From the human T2T-CHM13v2.0 reference genome, Homo sapiens: a stretch of DNA of 64,000 nucleotides. The stretch lies in NCBI RefSeq assembly GCF_009914755.1, contig NC_060945.1; one strand, written 5' to 3'. Numbering within the stretch: the first letter of the stretch is position 1; every line of letters begins with the position of its first letter. Both the position numbers and the translations under genes were made by a program. The notes under the pieces were generated by a model. It saw only the letters and a list, made by a program, of their open reading frames with translations, made no database searches and was not told the DNA's origin. Below, piece by piece: positions 42,920-59,106 of the stretch.

Positions 42920-43224
42920 TTTTTTTTTTTTTTTCTTAAGATACTGGATCTCACTGTGTTGGCCAGACTGGAGTGCAGTGGTGTGATCATAGCTCACTGC
43001 AGTCTCTGAACTCCTGGGCTAAAGTGATCCTCCTACCTCAGCTTCCGGAGTAGCTGGGACTACAGGCACGTGACACTATGCCTGACTAATTTTTCAAATT
43101 TCTTGTAGAGATAGAGTCTTGTTTTGTTGCCCAGGCTGGTCTCGAACTCCTGCCCTGAAGTGATCCTCCTGCCTCAGCCTCCCAAAGTGTTAGGATTAAA
43201 AGTGTGAGCCACCAAGCCCTGCCC
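42920..43224 (-). mobile_element. AluJ
   Basis: Full reverse Alu; GATCATAGCTCACTGCAG. Confidence 0.93.
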
Positions 43225-43299
43225 ATGATCAATTTTAACTTGCAATTGCATCATTTAAGAAAAAAGTTTTATTCAGAGCTAGTAGCTACAGCTAGCAGT

Positions 43300-43725
43300 A
43301 CATTCAGTTGCTGGTAACAAAATCCAGACAGACTGAACAAAGTAGGGATCATATTCTCTCATGTAAGGACAAACTAAAATAAAGCTGTCCTGGGCTGGTA
43401 TGAAAGCTCAAAGATTAATAGAGAACCAGACTCCCATCTTTCTTTAGGGCATGGCTTTGCATCTTCAAGCACACATATGATGTTTCCTAGAACTCCAGAC
43501 ATTGTGAACATGTTTTAGGAAGAAAGGGGAAAAAATAATGACAAAATTTAGTCAGCCTCCTTTAAAGCAGTTTCCAAAAAGCCATCCGTGACTTCTTTTA
43601 CCTCATTGGTTTTCAGTCCCGCAAGGGAGGATGGGAAATATAGTCATTGAGCTGGGCACATTATCACTGGAAAAAAATTTGAATTCTGTTAAGAAGAAAG
43701 GGCAAAACAGATTGAGTTGTGTCAC
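43300..43725 (-). mobile_element. Old MLT1 (K/L-like) LTR
   Basis: GCAAGGGAGGATGGGAAATATAG..GCTGGGCACATT. Confidence 0.55.
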
Positions 43726-43911
43726 AGAGATTCAAAATGTTCTAAAAAATTTCAGGGCAAGAAGCTATTTTTAGATACCTAATATATGCCAGGCTGTCTA
43801 CTACATCCCAGGGGACAAAGACAAATATGAGATTGGGCCTTCTCTCAAGGAGCTGACTGTTTAGTGGGGGTGGCAGACTGTAAAAAACATATCTCAATTT
43901 ATGTCTTGATA

Positions 43912-44120
43912 ATGATATTCCAGGACTTTTCCTTAGTTCAGCTAAAGAGGGGGTCTTTGCCCCACAGCCACAAAAATTTAGGCTCGCAGACGATTTGAAG
44001 GGAGAGAATAATGGGATTTATAGGGCAAAAAGGAAAAAAGGGAGAACAGGGGCTCTCTGCAAGGTCAGAGTTCCTGCTAGTGTGCTCACCACCTCACAGC
44101 TTGAATTCCAGCCACCCAGG
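43912..44120 (-). mobile_element. ERV1 (MER4-group) LTR 3' fragment
   Basis: AGGACTTTTCCTTAGTTCAGCTAAAGA..AGGCTCGCAGACGATTTGAAGGG; exact family uncertain. Confidence 0.6.
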
Positions 44121-44368
44121 AAGCCTGGCTGTCTCAATGAGAGGTTTGATGGGGTGTTGTGGGAGAGCAGAGATAAATTCAATCAAACCTGGAAGTCTTG
44201 GCTTCTGGGAAGTGATATTCTCAGAATCTAATCTTGAAGGATGAATAAGAGCCAGATGACATTCCAGGCTTAGGAAACATCACAAAGAGAGCTAGGATAA
44301 GGAAAACATCATTGTTTACCAAGAATTGCTAGCAGCTAGGGATTATTAGAAGGTAAAATAGAGGGTAG

Positions 44369-46277
44369 TTGCAGACGGCATGATTTTATATTTTAAAAAA
44401 CCCATCATCTGAGCCCAAAAACTTCTTGAACTGATAAGCAACTTCAGCAAAATCTCAGGATATAACATCAATGTGTAAAAATCACAAGCATTCCTTTACA
44501 CCAACAATTGGCAAGCAGAGAGCCAAATCATGAATGAACTCCCATTCATAATCTCTACAACGAAAAACAGTATCTAAGGAATACAGCTAACAAGGGATGT
44601 GAAGGACCTCTTCAAGAAGAACTACATACAACTGCTCAAGGAAATAAGAGAGGACAAAAACAAATGGGAAAACATTCCATCCTCATGGACAGGAAGAATC
44701 AGTATCGTGAAAATGGTTATACTGCCCAAAGTAATTTATAGATTCAATGCCATTCCCATCAAACTATCATTGGCATTCTTCATAGAGTTAGAAAAAACTA
44801 TTTAAAACTTCATATGGAATCAGAGAAGACCCCATATAGCCAAGAGAGTCCTAAGCAAAAAGAACAAAGCTGGAGGAATCATGCTACCTGACTTCAAACT
44901 ATACTGCAGGGCTACAGTAACCAAAACAGCATGGTACTGGTACCAAAACAGACTTATAGACCAATGGAACAGAACAGAGACCTCAGAAATAACACTGCAC
45001 ATCTACAACCATCTGATCTTTGACAAACCTGACAAAAACAAGCAATGGGGAAAGGATCTCCTATTCAGTAAATGGTGCTGGGAAGACTGGCTAGCCATAT
45101 GCAGAAAACTGAAACTGGACCCCTTCCTTACATATTATACAAAAATTAACTCAAGATGGATTAAAGACTTAAAATCCAAAATCATAAAACCCTAAAAGAA
45201 AACCCAGGCAATACCATTCAGGACATAGGCATGGGCAAAGACTTCATGACAAAAATGCCAAAAGCAATTGCGGCAAAAGCCAAAAATGACAAATGGACCT
45301 AATTAAACTAAAGAGCTTCTGTACAGCAAAAGAAACTATCATCAGAGTGAACAGGCTATCAACAGAGTGGGAGAAAATTTTTGCAATCTATCCATCTGAC
45401 AAAGGGCTAATATCCAGAATTTACAAGGAACTTAAACATATTTATAAGAAAAAAACAACCCCATCAAAAAGTGGATAAAGGATACGAACAAACATTCTCA
45501 AAATAAGACATTTACGTGGCTGACAAACATATGAAAAAAGCTCAATATCATGATCATCAGAGAAATGAAAATCAAAACTACAATGGAATACTATCTCATG
45601 CCAGTCAGAATGGCGATTACTAAAGAGTCAGGAAACAATAGATGCTGGCGAGGCTGTGGAGAAATAGGAATGCTTTTACACTGTTGGTGGGAATGTAAAT
45701 TAATTCAATCATTGTGGAAGACAGTATGGCAATTCCTCAAGGATCTAGAACCAGAAATACCATTTGACCCAGCAATCCCATTATTGGGTATATACCCAAA
45801 GGTGTATAAATCATTCTACTATAAAGATACATGCACAAGTATGTTTATTGCAGCACCATTTACAGTAGCAAAGACATGGAACCAACCCAAATGCCCATCA
45901 ATGATAGACTGGATAAAGAAAATGTGGTACATATACATCATGGAATACTACGCAGCCATAAAAAGAAATGAGATCGTGTCCTTTGCAGGGACATGGATGA
46001 AGCTGGAAGCCGTCATCCTCAGCAGACTAACACAGGAACAGAAAACCAAACACCGCATGTTCTCACTCATAAGTGGGAGTCAAACATTGAGAACACATGT
46101 ACACAGAGAGGGGAACAACATGCACTAGGGTCTACTGGGGGGTGGGGGGTGAGGGAAGAGAACTCAGAGGATGGGTCAATAGGTGCAGCAAACCACCATG
46201 GCACACGTATACCTATGTAACAAACCTGCACATTCTGCGCATGTATCCTTTTTTTTTCTTTAGAAATTAAAAAAAAA
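44369..46277 (+). mobile_element. L1PA (older primate L1), 5'-truncated, ~1.9 kb
   Basis: ORF2 fragments from the FADD-like motif (ADGMI) to the C-terminus (ORFs 44599-46128), 3'UTR, poly(A); TSD AGAAGGTAAAAT(A/G)GAG..TAG (44348-44368, 46277-46297). Confidence 0.96.
45550..46128 (+). pseudogene. L1 ORF2p C-terminal (cysteine-rich) remnant
   Basis: [38 protein letters not shown]; upstream frames broken. Confidence 0.9.
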
Positions 46278-46329
46278 GAAGGTAAAATGGAGCATAGAGG
46301 TGAAGAAGTAAATATGTTACAAAAGGCCC

Positions 46330-46840
46330 AGTTTGCTAGTTGAGTAACCAGGCTATGGAAAGCCTTGGAAGAGATTTCAACCTGGTAATTCTACCATCGA
46401 ACAGAATTTTAGATGTCTCATTGTGGATGTTCTGTGGAGGAAGCATCAAAGGAGGGAAAAGTTGAGAGACAGAGAGTCGTTAGGAGGCTATTTCAGTAGT
46501 CAAGGTAAGAAAGAATGGAATCCTAATTAGGCAGTAGTAGTAGGAATGAGGAGAAAAAAAGGATTACAGAACCATGTAGGAGGAATAATTAGTGAATGAA
46601 AAGATGTGGGTAGAAGGGGAGAAAGGAATTTAGAATGACTACAAGATTTTTGCTTTAGGAAACTAGGTGGATGATGGCACCATTAATTGTCATTATAAAT
46701 GCAAGAGTGGGAGGAGCAGGTGGGATGGGGATGGAGGAGTGGGAGAAATATTAGCTCAGTTGGAACATGTTGAGTTTGAAGTGTCTCTGTAGAAATACTT
46801 AGTAGGCAATTAGATATAAAACTCTTAATCTTGTGATTAA
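46330..46840 (-). mobile_element. L2 (continues after the ERVL at ~53150-53300)
   Basis: AGGAGGCTATTTCAGTAGTCCAAGG..GAACATGTTGAGTTTGAAGTG. Confidence 0.65.
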
Positions 46841-47939
46841 GGTGTGTATTAATCAGGGTTTGCCAGAGAAACAGAATCAATAGGAGACATATATATGAGG
46901 AGATTTTTAATGGGAATTGGTTTAAGTGATTATGAAGGCCAAGGAGTCCCGCCATCTGCCATCCGCAAGCTGGGGGACCAGGAAAGCCAGTGGTGTAATT
47001 CAGACGGAGTCCAAAGGCATTAGAGCTAGGGGAGCCTACGATAGAAGTCTTGATCTGAGTCTGAAGACCTGAGAACAGTGGGGTTGGGGGCAATGGTGTA
47101 AGGTCAGTCTGAGTCCCAAGGCCTGAGAACCAGGAGCACTGATGTCCAAGGGCAGGAAAAGATGGCTATCCTGGCTCAAACAGAAGGAGTGAGTTTGCAC
47201 TTCACCACTTTTTTGTTCTATTCTGGCTCTCAACAGATTGGATAATTCATATTCACATTGGGGAGGGTGGATCTTCTTCACTTAGTTTACTGGTTTAAAT
47301 GTTAATCTCTTCCAGAAACACCCTCACAGACACACCCAGAAATAATGTTCACCAGCTATCTAGGCATCCCTCAGCCCAGTCAAGTTGACACATAAAATTA
47401 ACCATCACAAGTCCACCCCTTGTCAACTTGGCACCAGTACCTATCTCCTTAAACCATACTTAACCTCCAGATAAAGGCAATAACAGGGTAATAAGCACCT
47501 AACATGACACAGATATTTTGTGTGTAACTCTCATCTCTTCCCCAGATGAGAAATAAAGTCTTTGAGTGATGTTTACTCATCTTCTCATATTCTATAACTT
47601 AAATATTATGATGTAAAATTAACAATATTAAAACACTAATACTGTTAACATATATGTTACATAATAAAGGAATAAGAGAGGAAATAAGACAATGATATTT
47701 ACTTAATATATCTATGTCTACATACAAATGTATTTCTAACAAAATAAGGGGGGACATCTTCATAATAGTCTGTTTCTGTAACTGGTCTTGTGGTCATAGC
47801 AGGTATTTATAATGACCATATTTACTATTTATTCTTTTTTCTCTTTGCTTTCATTGAGCATCTTGACTGGTGCTTCTGCTTAGTAGTCCAGATCAATCAC
47901 TCCAGCTAATACTATGACTCTGTTATAGACTCATAGGCA

Positions 47940-50340
47940 TGAGAAGCTCAAAGTGGCCAGATGACAGTCTTAACTTCCAGTTCAATGGGATCATTGTTGT
48001 GCTTCTTGGTGGAAGCTGGAACTAAGATTTTTAGGCCAGCAGAGCATAAGGTTGTGGGAACAGGAAGAAAACATTTTGGGTAATATTGAGTAGTGCCACT
48101 CCCATTTCCACCCCTTGATTCCTGTAAACCCCGGCTATCAGAGAAACAGAACTGTATGTTGTACATGCTCAATTTTGTGGCTTAGCAGGTCAGATAACAC
48201 CTGGTTTATGATGGAGGTCTCAGGTTGTGTGGTAACTTGATAGCCCATGGTCAAGTGTTTGGCTTCTCCTAACTCCCAGTAGCAGTCAAAGAGCTGTCTC
48301 TCAAAAGGAGAGTACTTATCTGCAGATGATGGCAGAGCTGTGCTCCAAAATCCTAAAGGTCTGTGCTGCAGTTCATCTATGGCAGCTTGCAAATGTCTCC
48401 AAATGGCATTCCTATCTGTCACTGAAACTGCAAGCACCACTGGATCTGCTAGATCCTATGTTCCAAGTGGCATAGCAGCCTAGACCTGTTATAGAGCTTT
48501 CTTTTATTCCAGAGCCCACCCACAACTAGCAGCTTTTTGGTCACCTGATAGATGAACTGGAGGAACACACCCAAATGAAGAGATGTTGCCTTTAAAATCC
48601 CAATAGGCTCTTTAGTTATTGTACCGCTTTCTTGATTGGGAGGGGTCAAATGCAACAACTTCTCCTCGACCTTAAAAGGGATATCTTGATAGGCCCCACA
48701 CCACTGGACCCTTAGAAATTTCACTAAGATAGAAAGCCTCTGAATTTTAGTTGGCTTTATTTTTTATCCTCTAACGTACACTCTGTTAACAATATGTCTA
48801 GAATAGTTGTGACTTTTTGCTCACTAGATCCAATAAGCATAATGGCATCGATGTAATGAACCAGTGTGATATCTTGTTGAAGGGAAAGGCAGTCAAGATG
48901 CCTGTTAACTAAATTATGACATAGGGCTGGGGAGTTGATATAATTTTGAGGACAGAGAAGGTATATTGCTGGCCTTGCCAGCTGAAGGAAAACTACTTCT
49001 GGTGGGCCCTATGGACAGATAGAGAAAAAGACGTGCCAGATCAATAGCTGAATACCAGCTATCAGAGGATGTGTTAATTTGCTCAGTGAATGAAACCAAA
49101 TCTTGTACAGCAGCTATAATTGGAGTTGTTACATGGCTAAGCTTATGATAATCATACTGTCATTCTCCAAGATCAGTCTGTGTCTTTTGCACAGGCCAAA
49201 TAAGAGTTTTGAATGGGGATGTGGTGAGAATCACCACCTCTGCATCTTTCAAGTCTTTGATGGTGGCATTAATCTCTGCAATCCCTCTAGGAATGTAGTA
49301 TTGCTTTTGATTTACTATTTTCCTAGGTAGAGGCAGTTCTAATGGCTTCCATTTGGCCTTTCTTACCATTATAGCCATTATTTTACAGATCAGGGAACTA
49401 GTGTGGCAGTTCTGCCAGCTGCTAAGTATGTCTATTTCAATTATGCATTTGGAAGTGGGAAAATAACCACAGATTGGGCTCAGGAACCCACTGGACCCAC
49501 CGTGAGACAGACCAGAGCTAAAACCCTATTGATCACCTGAACTTTATAAGCCACTACTCTGATAAAGGCCCACAGTGACATTTTGGGTCTCCTGTAATTA
49601 CTGTCATTTCAGAGCCAGTGTCCAGTAGTCTCCTAAATGTCTGATTATTTTCTTTTATCCCAGTGCACAGTTACAATGATAAAAGGTCCTATGTCTCTTT
49701 AGGGAAGGTTAGGAGAAAGATTAACAGTATAAGTTTCAGGTAATGTACTGTGTTTTTCCTTGAGGGGAGGTTGCCTCCACTTCATTCAAGGAGTTCTAGG
49801 TCTGTAAACTGGCCCAAGTCTAGAAATTGATTGAAGGGCAATGTCTGTCTGTTTTTGAAATACACTTGACTTAGAACTTTTCTGCTTGTTCAGATCAAGT
49901 AAGAATTTGTAGGCTTTCTATTTCATTTGTAGGAACACTGTGATTAGCCAATGTCATTGCTCTGCAAGGGTCGGAATATTCTGACTGCTGCTTTGACTCT
50001 ACTGACCGTTAGGGTAACTACATCCATCTTGCCTTTGGTGGTTGAGTGCCAGACTTGGCCCTGGCCACCCAAGATTGAATTACTCCCATTACGTTAGGTG
50101 TTGTCAAGGAGGCTGGGGCTTCCTTCACAAACTTATTTCTGAAAGTATTGGTGAAGGGTATGTTTTCTGGACCCTCCTAGTGTGGGTGAGTAGGTCTACT
50201 CTAATATACTTTAATATTTTGCTCTCCCTAAGCCTTTGAATACCTTCCTCTCCATTAAACCAAGGGCGGTCAAGCATCTCCAATTCACTTATGGTGGGCG
50301 GTGGGGCATGGGCCATCTTTTGGCTCATGTTTCAGTCAAC
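47940..50340 (-). pseudogene. ERVL gag-end/pro/RT/dUTPase remnants
   Basis: KAKWKPLELPLPRKIVNQKQY, WYSAIDLA, VHYIDA (YIDD mutated, ~48845), ADKYSPFERQL; many stops and frameshifts. Confidence 0.88.
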
Positions 50341-50367
50341 CAGCCCAACAAACTGTTAAGCCCTTCT

Positions 50368-51165
50368 TTTTAAATTAAATTAAAATTTTTGATTGTGAAT
50401 GGTGTAAAACAAAACTCTAAATTCATCACTCCCACCCGTATAAATAGCCAGGTATTCCTAGAACTCTTTACAGAGTAATCCATCTTTTCCTCACTATAGT
50501 CAGCATTGCAGTATTTGTCATACATCATATTCTACGTAGAGTCTGTTTGGGGGCTCTTTACTCTTCCGTTAGCCTGTTTGCCTGCACTGCACTACTACAA
50601 TTGCTATAACAATTTTAATTACTGTTATAATGGCTACAATTTAAAAATATTTAAAATTTTTAAATATCTATTTTAAAATTGTAGCCATTATAACAGCTGT
50701 ATAATTATAATGTAACAATTAAAATTATAGCGGTTATAGGACAAATCTGATATCCCATTTTTCTTCCTTAAAATTGCCTTAGCTATCTTGGATTTTCCTC
50801 TTCTTTAGTATGTATAATCTTTTAAACTCTGGGAAAAAAACCTGTCAAGACTGGGATTAATCGAAGTAAAATTATAATCTGGGTGAGAATTAATCTTTAT
50901 GGAGTCTTCCTAACATGAAGATGGTATGTCTATTCATTTATTTAGGTTTTCTTTAATGTTTTCATTTTACATAAGTTTCATAATTTTCTACATAAAAGTT
51001 CACACAGATCTTTTATTACATTTGTTTTTAGGTACCATTTTTTATCTGTTTCGTTTGTATATATATTTTTAAAAGTAAATCTTCACTTATGGCTCCTATC
51101 TAGAAATAAAATTGATTTTTATATATTGATCTAATATCTAAAAAATTAAATCAAGCCTTTTATTA
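50368..51165 (-). mobile_element. Old L1 (L1ME-like) ORF2 fragment inside ERVL gag
   Basis: TCTATTCATTTATTTAGGTTTTCTTTAAT, AATTGATTTTTATATATTGATC typical of antisense old L1. Confidence 0.65.
50622..50696. repeat. AT-rich near-perfect palindrome
   Basis: CTGTTATAATGGCTACAATTT ... AAATTGTAGCCATTATAACAG (21-bp perfect arms) around the inner palindrome ATATTTAAAA-T-TTTTAAATAT. Confidence 0.9.
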
Positions 51166-51170
51166 AAAGA

Positions 51171-51467
51171 TTTTTTTTTGAAGTAGATCTCGCTCTGTCA
51201 CCCAGGTTGGAGTGCAGTGGCATGGTCCTGGCTAACTGCAGCCTCTACTTCCCAAGGTCGACTGATCCTCCCACCTCACCCTCCTGAATAGCTGGGACTA
51301 CATAGCATGCCACCAAGCCTGGCTAATTTAAATTTTTTTTTTTTGTAGAGACACTATCTATCTTGTTATGTTGCTTAGGCTGGTTTCAAGCTCCTGGGCT
51401 CAAGCAATTCTCCTGCCTTGGTCTCTCAAACTATTGGGATTACAGGTGTAAGCCATGGCGTCAGGCC
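51171..51467 (-). mobile_element. AluJ
   Basis: Full reverse Alu ending GGCC at 51467. Confidence 0.93.
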
Positions 51468-52560
51468 TAGAGTCCTTTCTATCACTCTTAGCTGCAACAT
51501 TAACTGCAGAATTTCTGCCTAGTGAGCTTATATCAATAAATTTAGCCTGATTCAACATTTTGTTCCTTCCACCATTATCCCACATTCATAATAAGCGTTC
51601 CCACACATGTTCCCCAGATTTCTGCTTGTATAAATTAGAAAGCTCAAGCAGTGCTTTTAAAGTGTATTGCATCTCCTCTTGGCTCACACTTTGTATATCA
51701 CCTTTAGGAATCTCCTGGGACTTCAGTCTAGTTAGAGGTCTAGAAGCAAAAAGTGGGGGTGGGTCCTGAGGAGAATCAGCATTGTCTTGCATGGCAACTG
51801 CCTCAGGGAAGGCCATTACCATTTCTTCAGTCAACAGAAGCTAGCTCCTCAGATGGAGTTGAGAAGGTCACTATCACTGTGGATGGGAAGGCCACTTTTG
51901 CTGCGATGAGGGAGGCTAATTCCACTAAGGATGAGAAGGCTGCTTCCAGTGACACTGGGAAGACCTCTTTCACTAGCAAAGAAGAATCATTAGAATGTAG
52001 GGACTTAATGTCTCCAGCTTCATCAGTCTTTCCACGCAGCCCCATCCCAATTCATAGAATCCCACTTTTTTCCCAAACGATGGCCTCACTTTAACAGTAG
52101 ACATTCTGCGAGACTGCAAGTTCAACTTGTATTATAATTCAGCCAACTGAAGGATGAGGTCCTATGTTTGATTTTCAGCAATTTCAGCCCTGTGACTACA
52201 GGAGATAAGGAACTCCTTCTGAGCACACATAGAAGCTCTTAGGCCATTTATTCAGCACTTGAGTTGGGAACTGGAATCCCTGAGGTCATCCTTTAAAAAA
52301 CAAGGCAAACAAAACAAAACACACTTCTAGACATTAGGAGCAAAGAACCAACATCCTTATATTCCTTAGTTTTCAAAAAATGTTGGATGTTATGATATAC
52401 AGTCATTTAGCTCTTTGATTCTCATAAATGGTTGATTAGGACTATCCACTGCAGATATTTTGCATATCATAGCCATTTACTATTAGTGCTCTCTTTACTA
52501 CTAGAAATAGAATTTAAAAACCTGATCAGATTAGTAATCCAATTCCATAAACCCCAGAAC
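51468..52560 (-). pseudogene. ERVL gag remnant
   Basis: PPPLFASRPLTRLKSQ..LYKQKSGEHVWE; WDNGGRN..LNQAKFIDISSL. Confidence 0.85.
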
Positions 52561-53349
52561 AAATTCACAACAGTTATTCATAAAATTATGTTCCTCTAGA
52601 ACTACTCTTAGTACAAAAGTCTATGCTAGTCAGGGTTCTCCAGAGAAATAGAACCAATAGAACTCAAAATATATGAAGATATTTATTGTGGAAATTGGCT
52701 CAAGCAATTATGGAGACCAAGAAAGTCTTACAGTTTTCTGTTTGAGAGCTGGAGAACCAGGAAAGCAGGTGGTGTAAGTCCTGGTCTCACTCTGAAGACC
52801 TCAGAACTGAGGATAAAAAAGTGGAGAGGTTTAAGTCACTGTCCCCGTCCCAAGGCCCAAGAACCAGGGCCATGAATGTCTAAGGGGAAAGAAGGATGGA
52901 TATCCAGGCTCAAACAAAAAGTGTAAGTTTATCCTTTCTCTGCCTTTTCATTCTATTCAGGCTTTCAGAAGATTGGATCATGTGTACCCACATTGGTGAG
53001 AGTCATCTCTACTCAGTCTACTTACTCAAATGTTACTCTCTTCCAGAAATACTCTCACTGACATACCCAGAAATAATGTTTCACCAGCTAGCTGGACATC
53101 CCTTAGCCCAGTCAAGATAACACATAAAATTAACCATCACAGGGTGAAGAAGTTGATTTTTAAGTTATAGCATATAGCTGGTAGTTGAATGCATGTGAAT
53201 AGATGAGACTGCCTTTGGGTAGAGGGTATCCAGAGAAGACCATGAAGTTAAGGCAAAAACTCTGCTAACACCAACATTTAAGGAAGAAACGCCTGTTAAG
53301 GGCAATGAGAAATTATTAAACTGAGTGGTTATTAAGTTAATCAAAATAA

Positions 53350-53870
53350 AACAAAATAGATTTACTAAGGGCTTCCCATGGACCAGGCACTGTGCTGTGG
53401 CTTATAATTCTGCCATGAACAAGGCAGACTTAGTCCTTTTTCTTCCTGGAGCTTAGAGTATAGAGATGCATATATTTAAGAGAACTTTAATTGAGAATGG
53501 AACAAATGAAAATAATCGGTTTTTTGGAGCTCAAAAGGTAGTGAATAGAGCTAGTTTGGAAAAGCCTTCTCTACAGAAGTAATACTTAAGCTAATACCTA
53601 ATAAGAAGATAATTTGGTGTGGGGAGGTGGTTAAGAATCAAGACAAAAGTATACAGGGTATGCAACAGTACCACATGACTAAACACTCTGAATTTGGTGA
53701 GAACTTGGTGCATTTGAATTGTGATATCAACATGGTAGAGTACAAAAAAGAGGAGAGAGAAGTATGTGACAAACCTAGAGAGATGGGGGTGGGGCTAGTT
53801 CACATGAGACCAAATAGTCCATGTTTATTCCATATTCCAAGGGAAATAGAGGCCATATGCAATGACCATT
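53350..53870 (-). mobile_element. L2 fragment
   Basis: TTTACTAAGGGC..CCAGGCACTGTGC..CTGGAGCTTAGAGT. Confidence 0.55.
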
Positions 53871-54344
53871 AAATTTTCTTTTTGTCGGGCTAGCTTCCCA
53901 CTGCTTCATTTTTAAACATTTCCTCTTCTACCCCATGAGATCTTGGTTGAATTTCCAGTTACCTGGATCAGTTTGCCCCCCAGGATAGCTAATAAGAGGA
54001 CTCCATCCCTTTGGAGACCAAAGATTAGGTTAGTGGAAATATATAATTTAAGCAGGGCTAATCATAGTCTAATTTATGTGGATCCTTGGATGAAAAATTT
54101 TATTTTCCTCTCCTTAGATTTGCCAGCAGACATCTTGATACAACATAAAGAAAGCTTGTTTGAGACAAAAGCCAAGTGGAGGCAAAGTAGCCAAGAGATG
54201 GGGAGACAGTAGTACAGATCCCAGTGATCTCATTTGATTCTTGAATTCATCCAGAGTACCTCTTGGACTTTTCATTTTCTAAATGCCATTGAATTTATTT
54301 TTGATCAATCTAATTTAAATTGGGTCTCTGCCATGTAAAGTTAA

Positions 54345-56455
<2,111 letters not shown>

Positions 56456-56682
56456 GAGAAATAGAGTTTCAAGAGGGAATGCATGTATTGGACTGGGTAC
56501 TTAATTATATTTGAATTTGTTTCCGAATAAAATTTCAAGATAATTAAAACTGAGATTTTTTCTTTTCCGCATTTTTTTCTTAATGTTGCATGGTCTTTAC
56601 CCTTTCAGTCAGTGGCATCTGGTATTTAAGAGGAAAAACAGATTCAGCCAAGCAAAGAAGACAGTTTATTATTTGGAAATCA

Positions 56683-57052
<370 letters not shown>

Positions 57053-57548
57053 CTAATTTTTGAGCCAGAAAAAGTTTTTATAAATCTCCCCAAAGCAAGA
57101 TTTTTAGCATCAGTTTTCAAAGCTTGCAGAAAGAATACATCAAATTTATCCATAAACAACACAGCAGGGTGAGAATAGATTCAAAGCCAGTTTTTCTGAC
57201 ACACGGAGATTTTTTTTGTCTTTTTAATTTTTAAAATATTCTTGGCATGTGAGTGGAGCTTCAGAATTAGGAAAAGGAAGCGAGATAGTTAGCAGCTGGT
57301 GTGAGTTTCTAAAGCTGGTAGGGCACCATTTTGTCTCTTAAGATTTAGGTCTCGGTAGGGTTGGGGTTGGAGGAATTATAGGAATGTCTGACCCACTGGG
57401 TGAATCTGAGAGCAGAGTGGCCTATATCTTGCTCTGTTGGGAGTAGCCTGGGGAGACTACAATTATTGTAGAGAAGTCTTATGCCCGCTGTGGTCCTGGA
57501 GTGACAGAAGAGCAGTGGTTCAGTGAGATGTTGGGCTGACCGGGTTTA

Positions 57549-57824
<276 letters not shown>

Positions 57825-59106
57825 CTAAGAGGGGGAAGAAAGGTGCGTGCAACTGCTAGGAGATGCCAGTCACATCCAAAGGGCTATGGAGGAAACGAAC
57901 TGATACATGTAAAGGCCTTAGAATAAAAGCCAGTTGTTGTTGATGTAGTTTTTCACTTCTGAGTGCATATGGGGCTTTAGAACTAAGTTGTTAATAATAA
58001 AGAGCTGAAAACAAGTGCACTCATTAAGAATATGATGCCACTCACAGCTGCATACTTCACCCTCTCTCTGCCTCAGCAGGGCAAGGATTTTGAGAGACTA
58101 AAGGTCCATTTACAAAAATAAGACCAGAACTTTGGGACCCTTAACCTTTGTAAGGCAAGGACTGTGCTTTATTTGGTTTTGTACACCCTCTGCCCCAGTG
58201 ACTGGGCATGGAAAGCTATTTGTGTTTGTTGAGATGAATAAATAGATGCAGTTTCCATTGGGAAAATTACACAAGCAATAATGTTACCCCTCCAACAATT
58301 TCTGCAAAATAGTTACACTACAAGGTATCACATGCAAGGGGCCCTTCAGATCAGCAGATAATTGTGCCTTTGGAAAATGAAAATCAAAATCAACACTCCT
58401 GGTATAGCTTCCCCATCTCTATAGATTCTAGTACTTACTCTCTGCCTGCTGGTTTCTCAGGCATGAGAAAAGGCTTTTTGACTCCAAGTCATAACACTAA
58501 AATACTCATAGTTCTGGCTACTATTGGATAATAAAGTTGGCAGTGCTATTCAGGAATCATATCTGAGTGTGGTTTCTATGATGGGACCAATCAACTGTAT
58601 ATTTACTACACGTTTTGGAGCCCTCTGTAAAACAAATGCTTGTCCTGCAATTTCTCCTTATTACAGAATGTATTCTGAATAGGTAATTTGGGGTTTCCCC
58701 TTCAAATTCACTCCTCCTTACCCAAACACATTCGCTGAGTATGTGTTTGTGTTTGGGTATGTGTGTGTGTATGTGTGTTTATCTACTCTCTGAGTCATGT
58801 CTCATCCTAACTTTGCCTTATTAGCAAATCTGTTGTTTTCAGCAGAATGGGTTAACAGACTCGTAGCCCTCTGCAGATCCGCAAAGGAGACAGTCTCTCT
58901 TAGATGTTACCTCCTAAGTTCTCTGGCCTGTCCCTGGTGTGTGCTCACTGACTGTTCTGAGGTTATTCCTCAGCCTATCTGCAATGGAATTCCTTCAACA
59001 CAAGCAGTGATGAGAGCTGGCAGCCTTAACCTGTGCACAGTATCTTTGCCATACATTTTGATAAGAAGCATGTCTCCTTGGAGATCTTGATAAGGTAAAT
59101 ATTATC

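Larger units (their letters stand above)
46845..53141 (-). mobile_element. ERVL provirus with MLT2B-type LTRs
   Basis: LTRs 46845-47409 and 52622-53141; TSD AGGTG/GGGTG; PPT AGTCCACCCCT at 47410; degenerate PBS ~52600-52621; gag/pro/RT/dUTPase fragments. Confidence 0.92.

Noticed and set aside
45550-46128. 192-aa ORF as a functional gene
   Set aside because: C-terminal piece of a 5'-truncated, frameshifted L1 ORF2
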